Shown here: in pieces, positions 28,845-40,857 of the stretch
How the letters are laid out: every line of letters starts with the position of its first letter
How positions within the stretch are numbered: the first letter of the stretch is position 1
Sequence record: SRR2962707_5461
Length of the DNA: 64,000 nt
Direction: 5' to 3' (one strand)
Notes under the pieces: model-generated
Told to the model about the DNA's origin: nothing
The model's database searches: none
The model's input: only the letters and a program-made list of their open reading frames with translations
Made by a program: the position numbers and the translations under genes

Positions 28845-29699
28845 ATGAGCGCTTTAGCGAAATGGGTTATGACACGTCCGCGCAATGCCATTATTGGTGT
28901 TGCTGTTTTCAGTATCATACCCTTACTGTTCTGGGTGTCTGCCGCCATTATTGGTTTGGTAGTACTTCGTAGAGGTGTTAAAGAAGGAATACCTGTATTA
29001 GCTTGGGGATGTCTACCTGCAATAGTTTTGTGGGCATACCAAGGTGATGCGACAGCACTGATGGTGTTGATAGACGTGACTTTGTTGGCTTGGTTACTCA
29101 GGGCAACAACATCATGGAGTTGGGTGTTAATGGTTGGCAGTTTTATTGCCGTCATCAGCACTTTTCTGCAGCCTTTGCTTATGTCAGACATGTTGAATTT
29201 AGTGACAACACTGATTCATCGAATTTTGACATCGGAAGGGGTGGTAGTACCGGACAAAGGTATTATCTTTCATCAAGCGGTAGTGGCCTTGTCCATTATT
29301 CAGGCGATGATTGCTATTGTGTCGCTCTTTTTAGCGCGAAAATGGCAAGCAGGGCTCTATAATCCTGGTGGATTGCGACATGAATTTCATCAGCTAAGAC
29401 TGCCGATAGCGTTTAGCTTGGTTTTAGGTGCCATGGTGTTACTAGGCGAAAGCTTAGGAGGATCGTACCTTGTTTTATCTCAAGCGGCCATTCCAGCCTT
29501 AGTGTTGCCAGGCATTGCGTTAGTGCATGGTGTTCTAGCAAAAAAAAGAATTGGGATTGTTGGACTGATTGCATTTTATCTTGTGGGATTCTTTGTTCTA
29601 AACGTCTATTTCGCAAACATATTGATCGTACTTAGTGTGATTGATAGTTTTGTAAATATTCGAGAACGAATCCAAGATAAGTCATCCAGCATCAAGTGA
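28845..29699 (+). CDS. Membrane protein, YybS/DUF2232-like
   Basis: LARKWQAGLYNPGG..EFHQLRLP; conserved position between rpsR and rplI. Confidence 0.85.
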   Translation: MSALAKWVMTRPRNAIIGVAVFSIIPLLFWVSAAIIGLVVLRRGVKEGIPVLAWGCLPAIVLWAYQGDATALMVLIDVTLLAWLLRATTSWSWVLMVGSFIAVISTFLQPLLMSDMLNLVTTLIHRILTSEGVVVPDKGIIFHQAVVALSIIQAMIAIVSLFLARKWQAGLYNPGGLRHEFHQLRLPIAFSLVLGAMVLLGESLGGSYLVLSQAAIPALVLPGIALVHGVLAKKRIGIVGLIAFYLVGFFVLNVYFANILIVLSVIDSFVNIRERIQDKSSSIK

Positions 29700-29728
29700 T
29701 AGTGAATGATTAATTAGAGGTGATCGAG

Positions 29729-30172
29729 ATGGAAGTTATTCTACTCGACAAAGTAAACAAGCTAGGTGGTATTGGTGACGTTGCAGTCGTTAAACCAGGT
29801 TATGCTCGTAACTTTTTGATTCCGAACAGAAAAGCTGTAATGGCAACTAAAGCTAACTTGGCTAGCTTTGAAGAACGCCGTGCTGAACTTGAAGCTCAAG
29901 CTGCAGAGCGTAAAGCTGCTGCTGAAGCTCGTGCTCAAACACTAGAAGGCAAAACTTTCAAATTCGAAGCGAATGCTGGCGATGAAGGTAAACTTTTTGG
30001 TTCTATCGGTACACGCGATATCGCTGAAGTAATTTCTGCAGAAGTAGAAGTTTCTAAAGCAGAAATTCGTCTTCCTGAAGGCGCTATTCGCCACACAGGT
30101 TCTTTCGAAGTTGACGTTCAAGTACACCCAGAAGTGGTTGTTACTGTTACTTTGGAAGTTGTTGCTCAGTAA
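29729..30172 (+). CDS. rplI: 50S ribosomal protein L9
   Basis: [29 protein letters not shown]. Confidence 0.99.
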   Translation: MEVILLDKVNKLGGIGDVAVVKPGYARNFLIPNRKAVMATKANLASFEERRAELEAQAAERKAAAEARAQTLEGKTFKFEANAGDEGKLFGSIGTRDIAEVISAEVEVSKAEIRLPEGAIRHTGSFEVDVQVHPEVVVTVTLEVVAQ

Positions 30173-30197
30173 TTCGTTTCGACGAAAACTGATCAAT

Positions 30198-30237
30198 AAA
30201 AAAGGGTGTCTTGTTTAATACAAGATGCCCTTTTTTT
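30198..30237 (+). terminator. Intrinsic terminator of the rpsF operon
   Basis: A6-GGGTGTCTTGT...ACAAGATGCCC-T7. Confidence 0.85.
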
Positions 30238-30298
30238 GTTGTTGTCATGATAAGCTAATCCCCTTGTTTTTCCTCTATTCTGGTTCGGGTGTTTTTAC

Positions 30299-31675
30299 GT
30301 GCAATTAAACGATTCTGAAATCGCTTCTATTAAATTACCGCCTTACTCTATTGAAGCCGAACGCTCCGTCGTTGGTGGCTTGATGCTAGACCCGCAAGCT
30401 TGGGAAAAAGTGTCTGAATTGGTTATTGCCGATGACTTTTATCGCCCTGAGCATAAGCTGATTTTCTCAGTAATTGCGCGATTAGCGGATGAGTCGGAAC
30501 CGATTGACGTCGTGACAATCGGTGAGCGTCTGGATAAGCGTGGGGACTTAGAATCCATTGGTGGCATGGCCTACCTGATTGAAGTTGCGGAAGCGACACC
30601 CAGTGCGTCTAACATAGCTTCTTATGCTGACATTGTGCGCGAACGTTCTATTCTGCGACGCCTTATTTCTACCACCAATGAGATTTCGGCTAGGGCCTTT
30701 CACCCCGAAGGCATGACGGCCGCAGAAGTCTTGGATGAGGCTGAGCGCCGAATTTTTCAGATTGCTGAAGGCGGTGAGAAAAAAGGTGGCCCACGCATCG
30801 CGTCAGATATATTGAGCGCGACGGTGGACAAGATTGACGAACTCTACCACCAAGAAGGTGCTATCACAGGTTTGAGTACGGGGTTTACAGATTTAGATGG
30901 CATGACGGCAGGTTTGCAAAAATCCGACTTGGTGATTGTGGCGGGTCGCCCTTCCATGGGTAAAACGACATTTGCAATGAACTTGGTGGAAAATGCCACC
31001 ATGATCAGCGACAAACCCGTTATTGTATTTAGTCTCGAGATGCCTTCTGAGCAGCTGATGATGCGTATGTTGTCTTCTTTAGGGCGCATTGACCAAACAC
31101 GCATGCGTTCAGGTCAGCTAGTGCAAGAAGATTGGGATAAGCTGATGTCGGCAGTGAAAATGCTCAAAGACCGTAAGTTATTTATTGATGACACCGGTGG
31201 TATTAGCCCAACTGAGATGCGTTCTCGGGTGCGTCGTATTGCGCGTGAGCATGGCGGTGTGGCTCTGATCATGGTCGATTACCTTCAGTTGATGCAGATC
31301 CCAGGTTTCACCGAAGGTCGAACCAATGAGATATCTGAGATATCTCGATCGCTAAAAGCCATTGCCAAAGAAATGGAATGTCCTGTTGTGGCGCTTTCCC
31401 AGCTTAACCGTAGTTTGGAGAATCGCCCAAACAAGCGTCCGGTTAACTCGGATTTGCGTGAATCTGGAGCGATCGAGCAGGATGCGGATGTCATCTCATT
31501 TGTTTATCGTGATGAGGTGTATCACGAAGACTCTCCGCACAAAGGTATTGCTGAAATTATCATCGGTAAACAGCGTAATGGTCCGATTGGAACTTGCCGC
31601 TTAGCCTTTGTTGGTAAATACACTCGATTTGAAGATCTGGCGCCAGATGCTTATCGTGATTTCGATGATGAATAG
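30299..31675 (+). CDS. dnaB: Replicative DNA helicase
   Basis: PPYSIEAE, AGRPSMGKT, VDYLQL, SQLNR, DLRESGAIEQDAD, KQRNGP; no intein. Confidence 0.98.
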   Translation: MQLNDSEIASIKLPPYSIEAERSVVGGLMLDPQAWEKVSELVIADDFYRPEHKLIFSVIARLADESEPIDVVTIGERLDKRGDLESIGGMAYLIEVAEATPSASNIASYADIVRERSILRRLISTTNEISARAFHPEGMTAAEVLDEAERRIFQIAEGGEKKGGPRIASDILSATVDKIDELYHQEGAITGLSTGFTDLDGMTAGLQKSDLVIVAGRPSMGKTTFAMNLVENATMISDKPVIVFSLEMPSEQLMMRMLSSLGRIDQTRMRSGQLVQEDWDKLMSAVKMLKDRKLFIDDTGGISPTEMRSRVRRIAREHGGVALIMVDYLQLMQIPGFTEGRTNEISEISRSLKAIAKEMECPVVALSQLNRSLENRPNKRPVNSDLRESGAIEQDADVISFVYRDEVYHEDSPHKGIAEIIIGKQRNGPIGTCRLAFVGKYTRFEDLAPDAYRDFDDE

Positions 31676-31777
31676 GCGTCACCTACTCGTCATTCGATTA
31701 ATGTAAACTCCCATAAAGACAACAATAAGGCCACAAGAATGGTGGCTAAAATATAACAAAGAGACCTGGAACTGTTT

Positions 31778-33340
31778 ATGAAAAAAATGCCTGTTACCAA
31801 CAAAGAATATGATTTTCCTGCGGATTATCAGATTGTCTCAAGTACGGATACAAAAGGGCGTCTTACCTTTGTTAACGATCACTTTTGTGATGTGGCTGGC
31901 TATGAACGTGAGTCATTAATAGGTAAAGCGCATAACGTCATTCGTCACCCAGATGTTCCGCCTGCTGTGTTTGCTGATATGTGGAGCAACTTGAAACAAG
32001 GCAATAGCTGGATGGGTTTGGTGAAAAACCGTTGTGCGAACGGCGACCACTATTGGGTAAGTGCTCACGTTAGTCCCTTGTTAGATAATGGAAAAATTAT
32101 CGGTTATGAATCCGTGCGCCGAAAAGCAACGCGTGATGAGATTCAGCATGCGCAGTCATTTTATGATCGGCTAAATAGCGGTAAAAAAGCGATACCGACG
32201 AGTACTAAAGTGGCGTCTTTTTTCAGCAACAGTGTGTGGCCGCTATTGCTTATTGTTGTGCTTATGACGTGCGTTGCTCTGCTGTCTGCAAGTTTGCCTT
32301 TGCAAGTGTTGGGTGGGCTGGCTGGCGTTATTGGTGTGTGGTTGCTGTTTATTCAAAAGCAGTCTTTAGATGCCACGTTACGGAATCTTCCAATCGAAGC
32401 ACAAAACCCAATAGGTCAGTATTTATATTGTAAAAGCATTGGTAGCAAGGCAGCAGTGCGTTTTGGTCATACTCATCAGGACGCCGCAGGCAATACTTTC
32501 CGCTATCGCTTACTGGAAGGGTCAGAGCAGTTACGCAAACGCGCTTCCAATGTCAAAGTCAGTGTGGCGAGCAATTTAGATAACTTTACTAAACAGCGAG
32601 ATACGTTTAGAAGCGTTGTGGCGGCAAGCTCGCAGCTGTTGCAAAGTGTTAATGATGTGGCAGAGCACGTTGGCAGAGCGGCTGAAGCGACAGAGTTGGT
32701 GGCAATTTCAGCGCGTGAAAGTCAAAGTTTGGCGCTTGATACTGGCGACACCATGAGACAAGTGTATTCTGAAATATCGGCGGCCAAAGGCGTGGTAGAG
32801 ATATTGGCTGAGCGCAGTGATAGCATTAATAATGTGGTGAATTCGATTAGTGACATTGCCGATCAAACCAACTTACTTGCTTTGAATGCGGCGATTGAGT
32901 CGGCACGAGCAGGTGAGGCGGGGCGCGGATTTGCCGTCGTAGCCGATGAAGTTCGAGCGCTGGCAATCAGAACGCAAGCGGCGACGCAAAGCATTAATGA
33001 AATGACCGAAGAGTTGAAGAAAAACACCTCTGACGTTACCCAAGCGATTGATAAGGGCAGCCTTGTTGCACAAGAAGGTGTGAGCCGAGTGGAGCAAGTG
33101 GCTGAGAAAATGCAGACGATAGAATCCTCTATTAAGCATATTGTTGAAATGACGGCGCAAATTAATGTCTCTTCAGAAGAGCAGGCTGGTGTGGCGCGTG
33201 ATCTGAACGAGCAGATGCAGCAAGTGGATGCCTTGAGTTTGGCAAGCATCGAGCGCGCTGAAAATACGGTTACGAATATTGCGCACATTGAAGAAGAAGC
33301 GTACGAGCAAGGCAATCTGGCTGAACGTATGAAATCGTAA
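31778..33340 (+). CDS. Aer-like PAS-domain methyl-accepting chemotaxis protein
   Basis: PAS motif [18 protein letters not shown]...VKNR..GDHYWV; TM hairpin; MCP signature [31 protein letters not shown]. Confidence 0.92.
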   Translation: MKKMPVTNKEYDFPADYQIVSSTDTKGRLTFVNDHFCDVAGYERESLIGKAHNVIRHPDVPPAVFADMWSNLKQGNSWMGLVKNRCANGDHYWVSAHVSPLLDNGKIIGYESVRRKATRDEIQHAQSFYDRLNSGKKAIPTSTKVASFFSNSVWPLLLIVVLMTCVALLSASLPLQVLGGLAGVIGVWLLFIQKQSLDATLRNLPIEAQNPIGQYLYCKSIGSKAAVRFGHTHQDAAGNTFRYRLLEGSEQLRKRASNVKVSVASNLDNFTKQRDTFRSVVAASSQLLQSVNDVAEHVGRAAEATELVAISARESQSLALDTGDTMRQVYSEISAAKGVVEILAERSDSINNVVNSISDIADQTNLLALNAAIESARAGEAGRGFAVVADEVRALAIRTQAATQSINEMTEELKKNTSDVTQAIDKGSLVAQEGVSRVEQVAEKMQTIESSIKHIVEMTAQINVSSEEQAGVARDLNEQMQQVDALSLASIERAENTVTNIAHIEEEAYEQGNLAERMKS

Positions 33341-33363
33341 AAAAGAAACAGAAAGCGCCTTAT

Positions 33364-33421
33364 AAAAAAGCCTAGAAGAACCGCTTAGTACTCGTTACTA
33401 AGTGCGCTTCTGGGCTTTTTT
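33364..33421. terminator. Long stem-loop terminator
   Basis: A6-GCCTAGAAG...CTTAGTA/TACTAAG...CTTCTGGGC-T6. Confidence 0.75.
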
Positions 33422-33489
33422 AATGGCATTAGTAGCTGAGAAAGTTGTCAGTATTTGTTATGGTTTGCGAAATCTATTGTTAAGGGTGA

Positions 33490-34296
<807 letters not shown>

Positions 34297-34318
34297 CTTG
34301 CTGTTATTGGACACAAAG

Positions 34319-34344
34319 AAATGGCCGCGATTGCGGCCATTTTT
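34319..34344. terminator. Terminator between the convergent dapB and proV genes
   Basis: AAATGGCCGC-GATT-GCGGCCATTTTT. Confidence 0.8.
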
Positions 34345-34367
34345 ATTGTTTGCCATACACTCGAAAG

Positions 34368-35543
34368 TTAACTCGGAGAAAGAACATCCGCTAATTTTCG
34401 AGCCTCAAGTCGACCGGTTAGTTCGCCTGCTTTATTCACAACAGGTAAGTCAAATCGAGTGTTAAGAGACAAAGGGATAACCTTTTGCAATAGGTTGGCT
34501 TTACGCACAGACGGTACGGGATGAAGCGCGTCTTTTAGGGAGCTTTCGTCGTCTAAAGTGGTGGCTTGTTCTTTGGTAAGCACACCTTGATAGCCTTCGT
34601 TGTTAAACACAAATACGTATTCTTTGTCTTGAGGGAAGTTGGCCTTCGCTTCTTTTACCGTATTGGCGTCGAGTTTTTCAGTGCTTGGCGTCATTACCGT
34701 TTGTACTGATAAAGCTCTTGCTCGGTTAACGTCGCTGGCAAAGGCTTTAACGTAGTCGTCAGCAGGGCGTAGCATGATATCGACTGGAGTACCAATTTGG
34801 ACGAGTTTGCCGTCTTTCAGAACGGCAATTCGATCCCCCAAACGCAAAGCTTCGTCTAAATCGTGGGTGATAAAGATAATGGTTTTCTGCAGGTTCTCTT
34901 GCAGTTCAATAAGCTGTTCTTGCATTTCGCTGCGAATCAGCGGATCTAAAGCGGAAAAGGCTTCGTCCATAAGAAGAATTTCAGCGTCTGTGCACAATGC
35001 TCTGGCTAAGCCAACGCGTTGCTGTTGCCCACCAGACAGTTGGGAAGGGTATTGCTCTTCGTAGCCCGCTAAGCCTACGGTATCGAGCCACTGAGTGGCT
35101 TTTGGCACCCAATCCGTTTTCTTCTCGCCCTTAATGGACAGACCGTAACCTACGTTGTCCACGACGTTTCTGTGTGGCATTAGACCAAAGTGTTGGAATA
35201 CCATGGCCATTTTGTGACGACGAAACGTGATCAGCTCTTTTGGTGAGAGCGCCATGATGTTTTCGCCGTCGACTTTGATTTTGCCTGCCGTTGGATCAAT
35301 TAAGCGGTTAAAGTGGCGAATAAGCGTGGATTTCCCAGAACCAGAAAGGCCCATAATAACGAAAATCTCGCCGCGCTTAATGGTTAGGTTTATGTCTCTA
35401 AGACCAACAGTATGGCCTGTTTCTGCGAGTACATCTTCTTTGCTAGCGCCAGCTTTTACCTGGGGTAATACGTCATTGGGCTCTTCACCGAAGATCTGAT
35501 AAAGGCCTTCTATCTCTATTAATGTTTCGCGATTATTATCCAT
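34368..35543 (-). CDS. proV: Glycine betaine/proline-type ABC transporter ATPase
   Basis: IMGLSGSGKST, LSGGQQQR, LMDEAFSALDPLIR, C-terminal CBS-like region. Confidence 0.92.
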   Translation of the reverse strand: MDNNRETLIEIEGLYQIFGEEPNDVLPQVKAGASKEDVLAETGHTVGLRDINLTIKRGEIFVIMGLSGSGKSTLIRHFNRLIDPTAGKIKVDGENIMALSPKELITFRRHKMAMVFQHFGLMPHRNVVDNVGYGLSIKGEKKTDWVPKATQWLDTVGLAGYEEQYPSQLSGGQQQRVGLARALCTDAEILLMDEAFSALDPLIRSEMQEQLIELQENLQKTIIFITHDLDEALRLGDRIAVLKDGKLVQIGTPVDIMLRPADDYVKAFASDVNRARALSVQTVMTPSTEKLDANTVKEAKANFPQDKEYVFVFNNEGYQGVLTKEQATTLDDESSLKDALHPVPSVRKANLLQKVIPLSLNTRFDLPVVNKAGELTGRLEARKLADVLSPS

Positions 35544-36435
35544 TATCATTTCCTTCCATATGTCTTTGAGCGCGTTTTGCATAAGTCTGAGAAACACGGT
35601 CGAAAATGATTGCTAATGCGACAATTGCTAGACCATTAAGTAACCCGAGAGTGAAATATTGGTTGGTGATGGATTTTAACACCGGTTGACCTAGGCCTTT
35701 AACACCGATCATAGAGGCCACTACCACCATGGCCAAAGCCATCATAATAGTTTGGTTAATGCCTGCCATGATCGTTGGCATGGCCAATGGGATTTGTACA
35801 CCGAACAGTCGTTGTGTCGCTGTTGCGCCGTAAGCTGTGGCGGCTTCCAGTGTTTCTTTGTTGACTAGGCGTATGCCCAAATTCGTCAACCGAATAACAG
35901 GTGGAATGGCGTAGATGACCACCGCAATAACGCCCGGAATTTTACCGATGCCCAATAGCATCACCACAGGGATCAAGTAAACAAACGCAGGCATGGTTTG
36001 CATGATGTCGAGAAGCGGCGTGATGATGGAGCGAGCTCTATCGGAGCCTGCCATTAAGATGCCAATGGGAATCCCTATGCAGATGGACAATATGGTACAC
36101 ACAGTGATGATGCTGAGTGTCCGCATGGTGTCTTCCCACATGCCAAAGTAACCAATGGCTAGAAAAGAAGCGAGAACGCCTAGGCATAATCGCCATGATC
36201 GCGTTGCGGCATAAACTAAGCCGACAATGGCGGCAAGTACAATCCACCAAGGTGTTTGTATTAATAGGTCTTCAAACCAAATAAGGAAGTGTAAGAGAGG
36301 GTTGAAAAAGTCCTCGATCGATTGGCCGTAAGCGCGGGAAAAAGTTCGGTAGGCACTGTCTAGTGTTTGTCGTATGGCCAGCAGATCACGTCGGCTCATA
36401 TCTGGAAATTCTGTTAACCAGGAGCTGTCTATCAT
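35536..36435 (-). CDS. proW: ProU-type ABC transporter permease
   Basis: DIMQTMPAFVYLIP, PPVIRLTNLGIR, GINQTIMMAL. Confidence 0.92.
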   Translation of the reverse strand: MIDSSWLTEFPDMSRRDLLAIRQTLDSAYRTFSRAYGQSIEDFFNPLLHFLIWFEDLLIQTPWWIVLAAIVGLVYAATRSWRLCLGVLASFLAIGYFGMWEDTMRTLSIITVCTILSICIGIPIGILMAGSDRARSIITPLLDIMQTMPAFVYLIPVVMLLGIGKIPGVIAVVIYAIPPVIRLTNLGIRLVNKETLEAATAYGATATQRLFGVQIPLAMPTIMAGINQTIMMALAMVVVASMIGVKGLGQPVLKSITNQYFTLGLLNGLAIVALAIIFDRVSQTYAKRAQRHMEGNDNG

Positions 36436-36506
36436 AAATAATGTCTCAAAGAGTAAAGCAGGGTATCGAGCCATGCAAAGGCATGGCTCTTTGTTATCTT
36501 AACGAA

Positions 36507-37511
36507 TTATAGATTGTTGATAGCTTTGTCAAGTTTGGCTTTCACGTCTTTATTTACCCATTTAGACCAGATGTCTTCATGGTTCATCATGAAGTTCTCA
36601 GCGGCGTACTGGCCATCCGCTTGGTTGTCTTCCATCCAAGCAAGTAGCTTGTTCATCTGAGCGTTAGTAAATGAGCGTTTTGCCGTGTAGGCATAGGCTT
36701 GTGGTGCACGTTTAGCAAACTCGGTTGTGGTGATGCTGTACACAGGGGAAGGTGGATACATAGTCACTTTAGGATCTAGGCAACTGTCTTTCGTAATACA
36801 GTTCATGTAGTGCTCTTGGTTAATACCTGAGCCAAAATCTACCTTAACCATTTCATATTTGCCTAAAATGGCCGTTGGTGCCCAGTAGTAACCAAACCAA
36901 GGTGCTTTGCGCTCATAGGCACGGCTTAATGAGCCAGATAGCCCCGCCGCTGAACCTGGATCAATTAACTCAAAACCAGCGTCTTCAAGGTGAAGTGCCT
37001 TAAATAAATTGCCAGCACTTATTTGGCAGCCCCATCCAGCAGGACAGCCATAAAAGGCCGAAACAGCATCGTTTTCAGGGTTTGGGAACTTTTTAGCGTG
37101 TTTCATCACACCCTGAATGGTCGCCAATGATGGGTCTTTATCGACCATGTATTTTGGAACCCAGAAGCCTTCTTCGCCACCATCTGATAACGATTTACCA
37201 GCGATGCTTAGGCGTTTTTCTTTTACACCTCGATCAATCAGCTCACTGACCGCGTTTGTCCACATTTCTGGGGCTATGTCGGGTTGCCCTTTTTCAACCA
37301 TGGAAGTACTGGTTGGCATGGTGTCTCCTGGTATTAATTCTGCGTCACAGCCGTAGCCGTTATTAAGAATAAATTTATCAACATTGGCCATAAAGGACGC
37401 TGAATTCCAGTTCATATCTGCGATTTGTACTTTGCCACAGCTGCTTGCTGCTGCAAATGACGAGGTCGCTGCAAGTGTTAAAACACCAGCAATAAGGCTT
37501 TTGGTATACAT
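36507..37511 (-). CDS. proX: ProU-type osmoprotectant-binding protein
   Basis: Signal peptide, ADMNWNSA, PEMW, GCPAGWGC, GYYWAPT; substrate not determinable. Confidence 0.88.
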   Translation of the reverse strand: MYTKSLIAGVLTLAATSSFAAASSCGKVQIADMNWNSASFMANVDKFILNNGYGCDAELIPGDTMPTSTSMVEKGQPDIAPEMWTNAVSELIDRGVKEKRLSIAGKSLSDGGEEGFWVPKYMVDKDPSLATIQGVMKHAKKFPNPENDAVSAFYGCPAGWGCQISAGNLFKALHLEDAGFELIDPGSAAGLSGSLSRAYERKAPWFGYYWAPTAILGKYEMVKVDFGSGINQEHYMNCITKDSCLDPKVTMYPPSPVYSITTTEFAKRAPQAYAYTAKRSFTNAQMNKLLAWMEDNQADGQYAAENFMMNHEDIWSKWVNKDVKAKLDKAINNL

Positions 37512-37540
37512 GGTTAGGTTCCTGTTGTGATCTATAATTA

Positions 37541-37588
37541 TTAGTCATCAAACTAAAATTAGTTTACACATCTAAATGAATTTATCAA
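37541..37588 (-). promoter_or_regulatory. proXWV promoter with CosR/EctR-like boxes
   Basis: Minus strand TTGATA-N16-TAAACT; boxes TTAGTCATCAAA (37541-37552) and TTACACATCTAA (37564-37575). Confidence 0.6.
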
Positions 37589-37746
37589 ATGTTTGTCATA
37601 TTGGTGTCAGAAATGACTTTTTTTTAGCATATAAAAAGGAACGAAAAGAGGCGTTTTGGGCGAGGTTTAGCTTGTTTTTAGCTGAAAAAGGCAAAAAAAA
37701 GCTCACTTGTTTCCACCAGTGAGCTTTTGTTGCAAATTGTTGTGTC

Positions 37747-38244
37747 TTAGATATTTGGAGAGTTGATATCCAATAATGGTGCCGCATCAATGCTTTCAGC
37801 GTCCATCATGATGGCGATTCGTTGCAGAGATGATAGCACTTGGGTTTGTTCCCAGCCTTGTAAAGACTCAAATTCACCAATGAATTTCTCATGAAGTAGT
37901 GGTGGCGTAGTCTGTAAAATAGAGCGCCCCATTTCAGTTAATCTTGCATTGACGATGCGCTTATCTTTTTGTGCTCGGACTCGTTCTACGAGTTTGCGGT
38001 CCTCCAAGCGGTTTAAAATGGTGGTTACCGTTGCTTGGCTTAGTGAAACACTGTCTGAAATCTTACGAACAGTAACATCACCTAGCTCTTCAATTGACCG
38101 AAGTACCATGATTTGGGGAATAGTAAGTCCGCAGGCTTTAACAACACGTTTTGATTGTAAGTCCGTGGCGCGGATGATGCGTCTCAGATGAACGAGCACA
38201 TCATGGAGGTGTTGAGATTCTGACATGTTACGAGTGTTATCCAT
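37747..38244 (-). CDS. MarR-family regulator, CosR/EctR-like
   Basis: LRRIIRATDLQSK, GLTIPQ, SLSQATVTTILNRLE, SSLQRIAIMMDAESIDAAPLL; adjacent to proU. Confidence 0.88.
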   Translation of the reverse strand: MDNTRNMSESQHLHDVLVHLRRIIRATDLQSKRVVKACGLTIPQIMVLRSIEELGDVTVRKISDSVSLSQATVTTILNRLEDRKLVERVRAQKDKRIVNARLTEMGRSILQTTPPLLHEKFIGEFESLQGWEQTQVLSSLQRIAIMMDAESIDAAPLLDINSPNI

Positions 38245-38417
38245 TAAAATTTCCGCAAATTATATGCTTTCAAAGCCATTGGTTAAACTCTTTATAATTA
38301 TTAACTTTAGGCGAGTAAGTCTATTATAAGGTAAACAATTTATAGCTCTAATCATAGTCTGCATTTTAAAAATGGGAAAGTATCTAATGCACTGGATTAT
38401 TGTCAGCAATGCCCAGC

Positions 38418-39827
38418 TTACTTATGCTCTTTAATCTCCTTTAAGTCAGCAAAGGATTGAATCGCCGCAAGCCGCGCTGCTTTGTAATCAAGTATCGGGG
38501 AGGGGTAGCCGCATTCGATTCTTTGCGCAGGCGATGGGTTATGAATCGACTTTGCATCCAGTGTTTTCAACTCGGGAACAAAGCGTCGGATGAAGTCCCC
38601 CTTTGCATCGTAAGTCTCAGATTGACGGGTAGGGTTGAACACTCGAAAGTAAGGGGCGGCATCGCAGCCTGTAGACGCGCTCCATTGCCAGCCTCCATTA
38701 TTGGCTGAGAATTCACCATCGACTAACTTACTCATAAAATACGCTTCGCCCTTGCGCCAATCGGCAAAGATTAATTTGCTTAAAAAACTGGCGCTAACCA
38801 TTCTCAGTCGGTTGTGCATCCAGCCTGTTTGATTGAGTTGTCTCATGGCGGCATCAACGATGGGAAAGCCTGTGTTGCCTTGTGTCCAAGCCTCAAACAG
38901 TGCCTCATCTTGATTCCAGCGAATAAAGTCGGTTTCGTTCTTAAAAGGTTTTCCCATCGCTAGAAAAGAAAAGTGGCCCATTAGTTGGCGGTAGAAGTCA
39001 CGCCAAGCCAATTCTTTTAGCCAAATACTGTCTTGCCATCGGCGATCGGTTTGCTCACAGACATATTGGATCGCAAATAAACACTCTCTTGGACCGAGTG
39101 CACCCAACGCCAGATAAGGCGATAAGGTGCTTGTTCCAGGTTCCATTGGGTAATCACGTTTTGCCTGATAATCGGCCTCTTTGGTGTGACAAAAGTGCCA
39201 GAGCTTTTGTTTTGCTATCTCTTGATCTGGTATCCATAGGTCATCTCGATAGGTTTGATCCCAATGGATTTCAGGCTCGATAAAGTCAAGGGCTTCACCT
39301 TGAGGCGCGGGCTCCGGCAATGGTTGCCAATCTTGCATGGAGAGCAAGGACAGCCAGCGTTTAAAGAAGGGAGTAAAGACTTTGAAGGGGGTCCCTTGTT
39401 GGCTTAATACTGCATTCGGCACGATCAAATCGACACTTTGGGGATGGCTTTCAATGCCTTTGCCTCTTAATTGCTGGCTGACCCCTTGGTCCCTTTGTTG
39501 TTCGTCAATCGGAATGTCTTGATTAAACCAAATGTGCTCTACGCCATGGCTTAAACAATAGCGCTCAAGGGCATCTGGTAGATCGTCAAACGTATCCACA
39601 GTAATCAGTTCTGCAGGAATGCCAGAGTCTGCTAGTTTTGCAAATAATCGACGAATCAACCCGGCTCGCAATCCTATTTTAGCCTTGGATTCGTGGTGTT
39701 TTTTCCATTGCGTTGGCGTTGCAGTCACCAGTACTCGAATGCTCCCTTCAAGCGCCGCGTAATAAAGCGCAGGGTTGTCGAGCCAGCGAAGGTCATTGCG
39801 AAGCCAAACAAGGTGTTTAATAGCCAT
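38418..39827 (-). CDS. phrB: Class I CPD DNA photolyase
   Basis: WLRNDLR, TSTLSPYL, ELAWRDFY, TGFPIVDAAMRQL, GWMHNRLRM, NNGGWQW, YFRVFNP. Confidence 0.96.
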   Translation of the reverse strand: MAIKHLVWLRNDLRWLDNPALYYAALEGSIRVLVTATPTQWKKHHESKAKIGLRAGLIRRLFAKLADSGIPAELITVDTFDDLPDALERYCLSHGVEHIWFNQDIPIDEQQRDQGVSQQLRGKGIESHPQSVDLIVPNAVLSQQGTPFKVFTPFFKRWLSLLSMQDWQPLPEPAPQGEALDFIEPEIHWDQTYRDDLWIPDQEIAKQKLWHFCHTKEADYQAKRDYPMEPGTSTLSPYLALGALGPRECLFAIQYVCEQTDRRWQDSIWLKELAWRDFYRQLMGHFSFLAMGKPFKNETDFIRWNQDEALFEAWTQGNTGFPIVDAAMRQLNQTGWMHNRLRMVSASFLSKLIFADWRKGEAYFMSKLVDGEFSANNGGWQWSASTGCDAAPYFRVFNPTRQSETYDAKGDFIRRFVPELKTLDAKSIHNPSPAQRIECGYPSPILDYKAARLAAIQSFADLKEIKEHK

Positions 39828-39836
39828 AATAAAGTC

Positions 39837-40835
39837 CTAAACTGTGTTACGAATGCCTAAAGCGCTTGGGTAAGGTGCAAAGTAGCGCTGTTCTTTTACG
39901 TACTGACTACCATAGTGGTTCAGATAATGGCCGAGCAATGTCATCGGCGTGGCCAGATTCACTTCGCCACGACGGTATTGCTCAATCACACCGATAATGT
40001 CTTTGCGGATTGAGACATCCACCGAACGTTTTAAATACCCTACTAGGTGCATTAACGCATTACAGTGGTTTTTGCGTTTCGCAGGTGTGGATAGGGTTGT
40101 CATCAAGGCCTGAAAGTAGGCTTCTTTTAATACCTCAAAAGGTCTCGGATCATTGCCTGATAGCATTTTTCCTAACGCCTTATAAGCAGGTTGCGAATGC
40201 GCCATCACGAGATATTTATAACGACTATGAAAAGCAAGTAGCGCCTTCATACTCGGTTTTGCTGTGACGCTGTGACGAAATTCGTGATGCGCAAACACGC
40301 GCAGCAGAAAGTTTTCTTTTAACGCTGGGTCATTTAGACGGCCATCTTCTTCCATTGGCAGCAATGGGTAGCGTTCTTTTAATGCTTTGGTGAATAAACC
40401 GGCGCTGCGTTCCATATGAGGATGGCCATTTTCTTGATAGACCTTGATGCGTTCTAAACCGCAGCTTGGTGAGTTTTTCATGAGGATATAGCCATCAAGA
40501 TGCTCTAATTTGTCTAAATAAGGGCGAGTCGCGTCCATGAAAGTGGCGGTAATATCGCCGCCTTTCTGGTTTGAGTAGGTCATTCTAGGGTTGCTTGGAT
40601 CGCCTTCTAGGCGAACGGTCGGTCTTGGAGTGCCAAATCCTGCTGCCACTTCAGGGCAAAATTTCTGGTATTCAAAATAATCGCTCAAGCTCGTATCGCA
40701 ATAAGCGGATCGGCTGTGCCCGCCGTTAAAGCGCACATTATCACCTAATAAACAGGCGCTGATGCCGACCGGAATTTTATGGGACAAGTGGTCGGCTGAT
40801 AAAGAAGCGTGTGAGATAGTGTTTGGGGTTGTCAT
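39837..40835 (-). CDS. DUF523-DUF1722 (YbgA/RudS-type) thiouridine desulfidase-like protein
   Basis: GISACLLG, VRFNGGH, FCPEV, KNSPSCG (Fe-S cysteines), EEDGRL, FHSRYK. Confidence 0.88.
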   Translation of the reverse strand: MTTPNTISHASLSADHLSHKIPVGISACLLGDNVRFNGGHSRSAYCDTSLSDYFEYQKFCPEVAAGFGTPRPTVRLEGDPSNPRMTYSNQKGGDITATFMDATRPYLDKLEHLDGYILMKNSPSCGLERIKVYQENGHPHMERSAGLFTKALKERYPLLPMEEDGRLNDPALKENFLLRVFAHHEFRHSVTAKPSMKALLAFHSRYKYLVMAHSQPAYKALGKMLSGNDPRPFEVLKEAYFQALMTTLSTPAKRKNHCNALMHLVGYLKRSVDVSIRKDIIGVIEQYRRGEVNLATPMTLLGHYLNHYGSQYVKEQRYFAPYPSALGIRNTV

Positions 40836-40857
40836 AATACTCTCCAACTAGGGTAAG

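Noticed and set aside
30299..31675. Intein in DnaB
   Set aside because: Normal length with contiguous motifs
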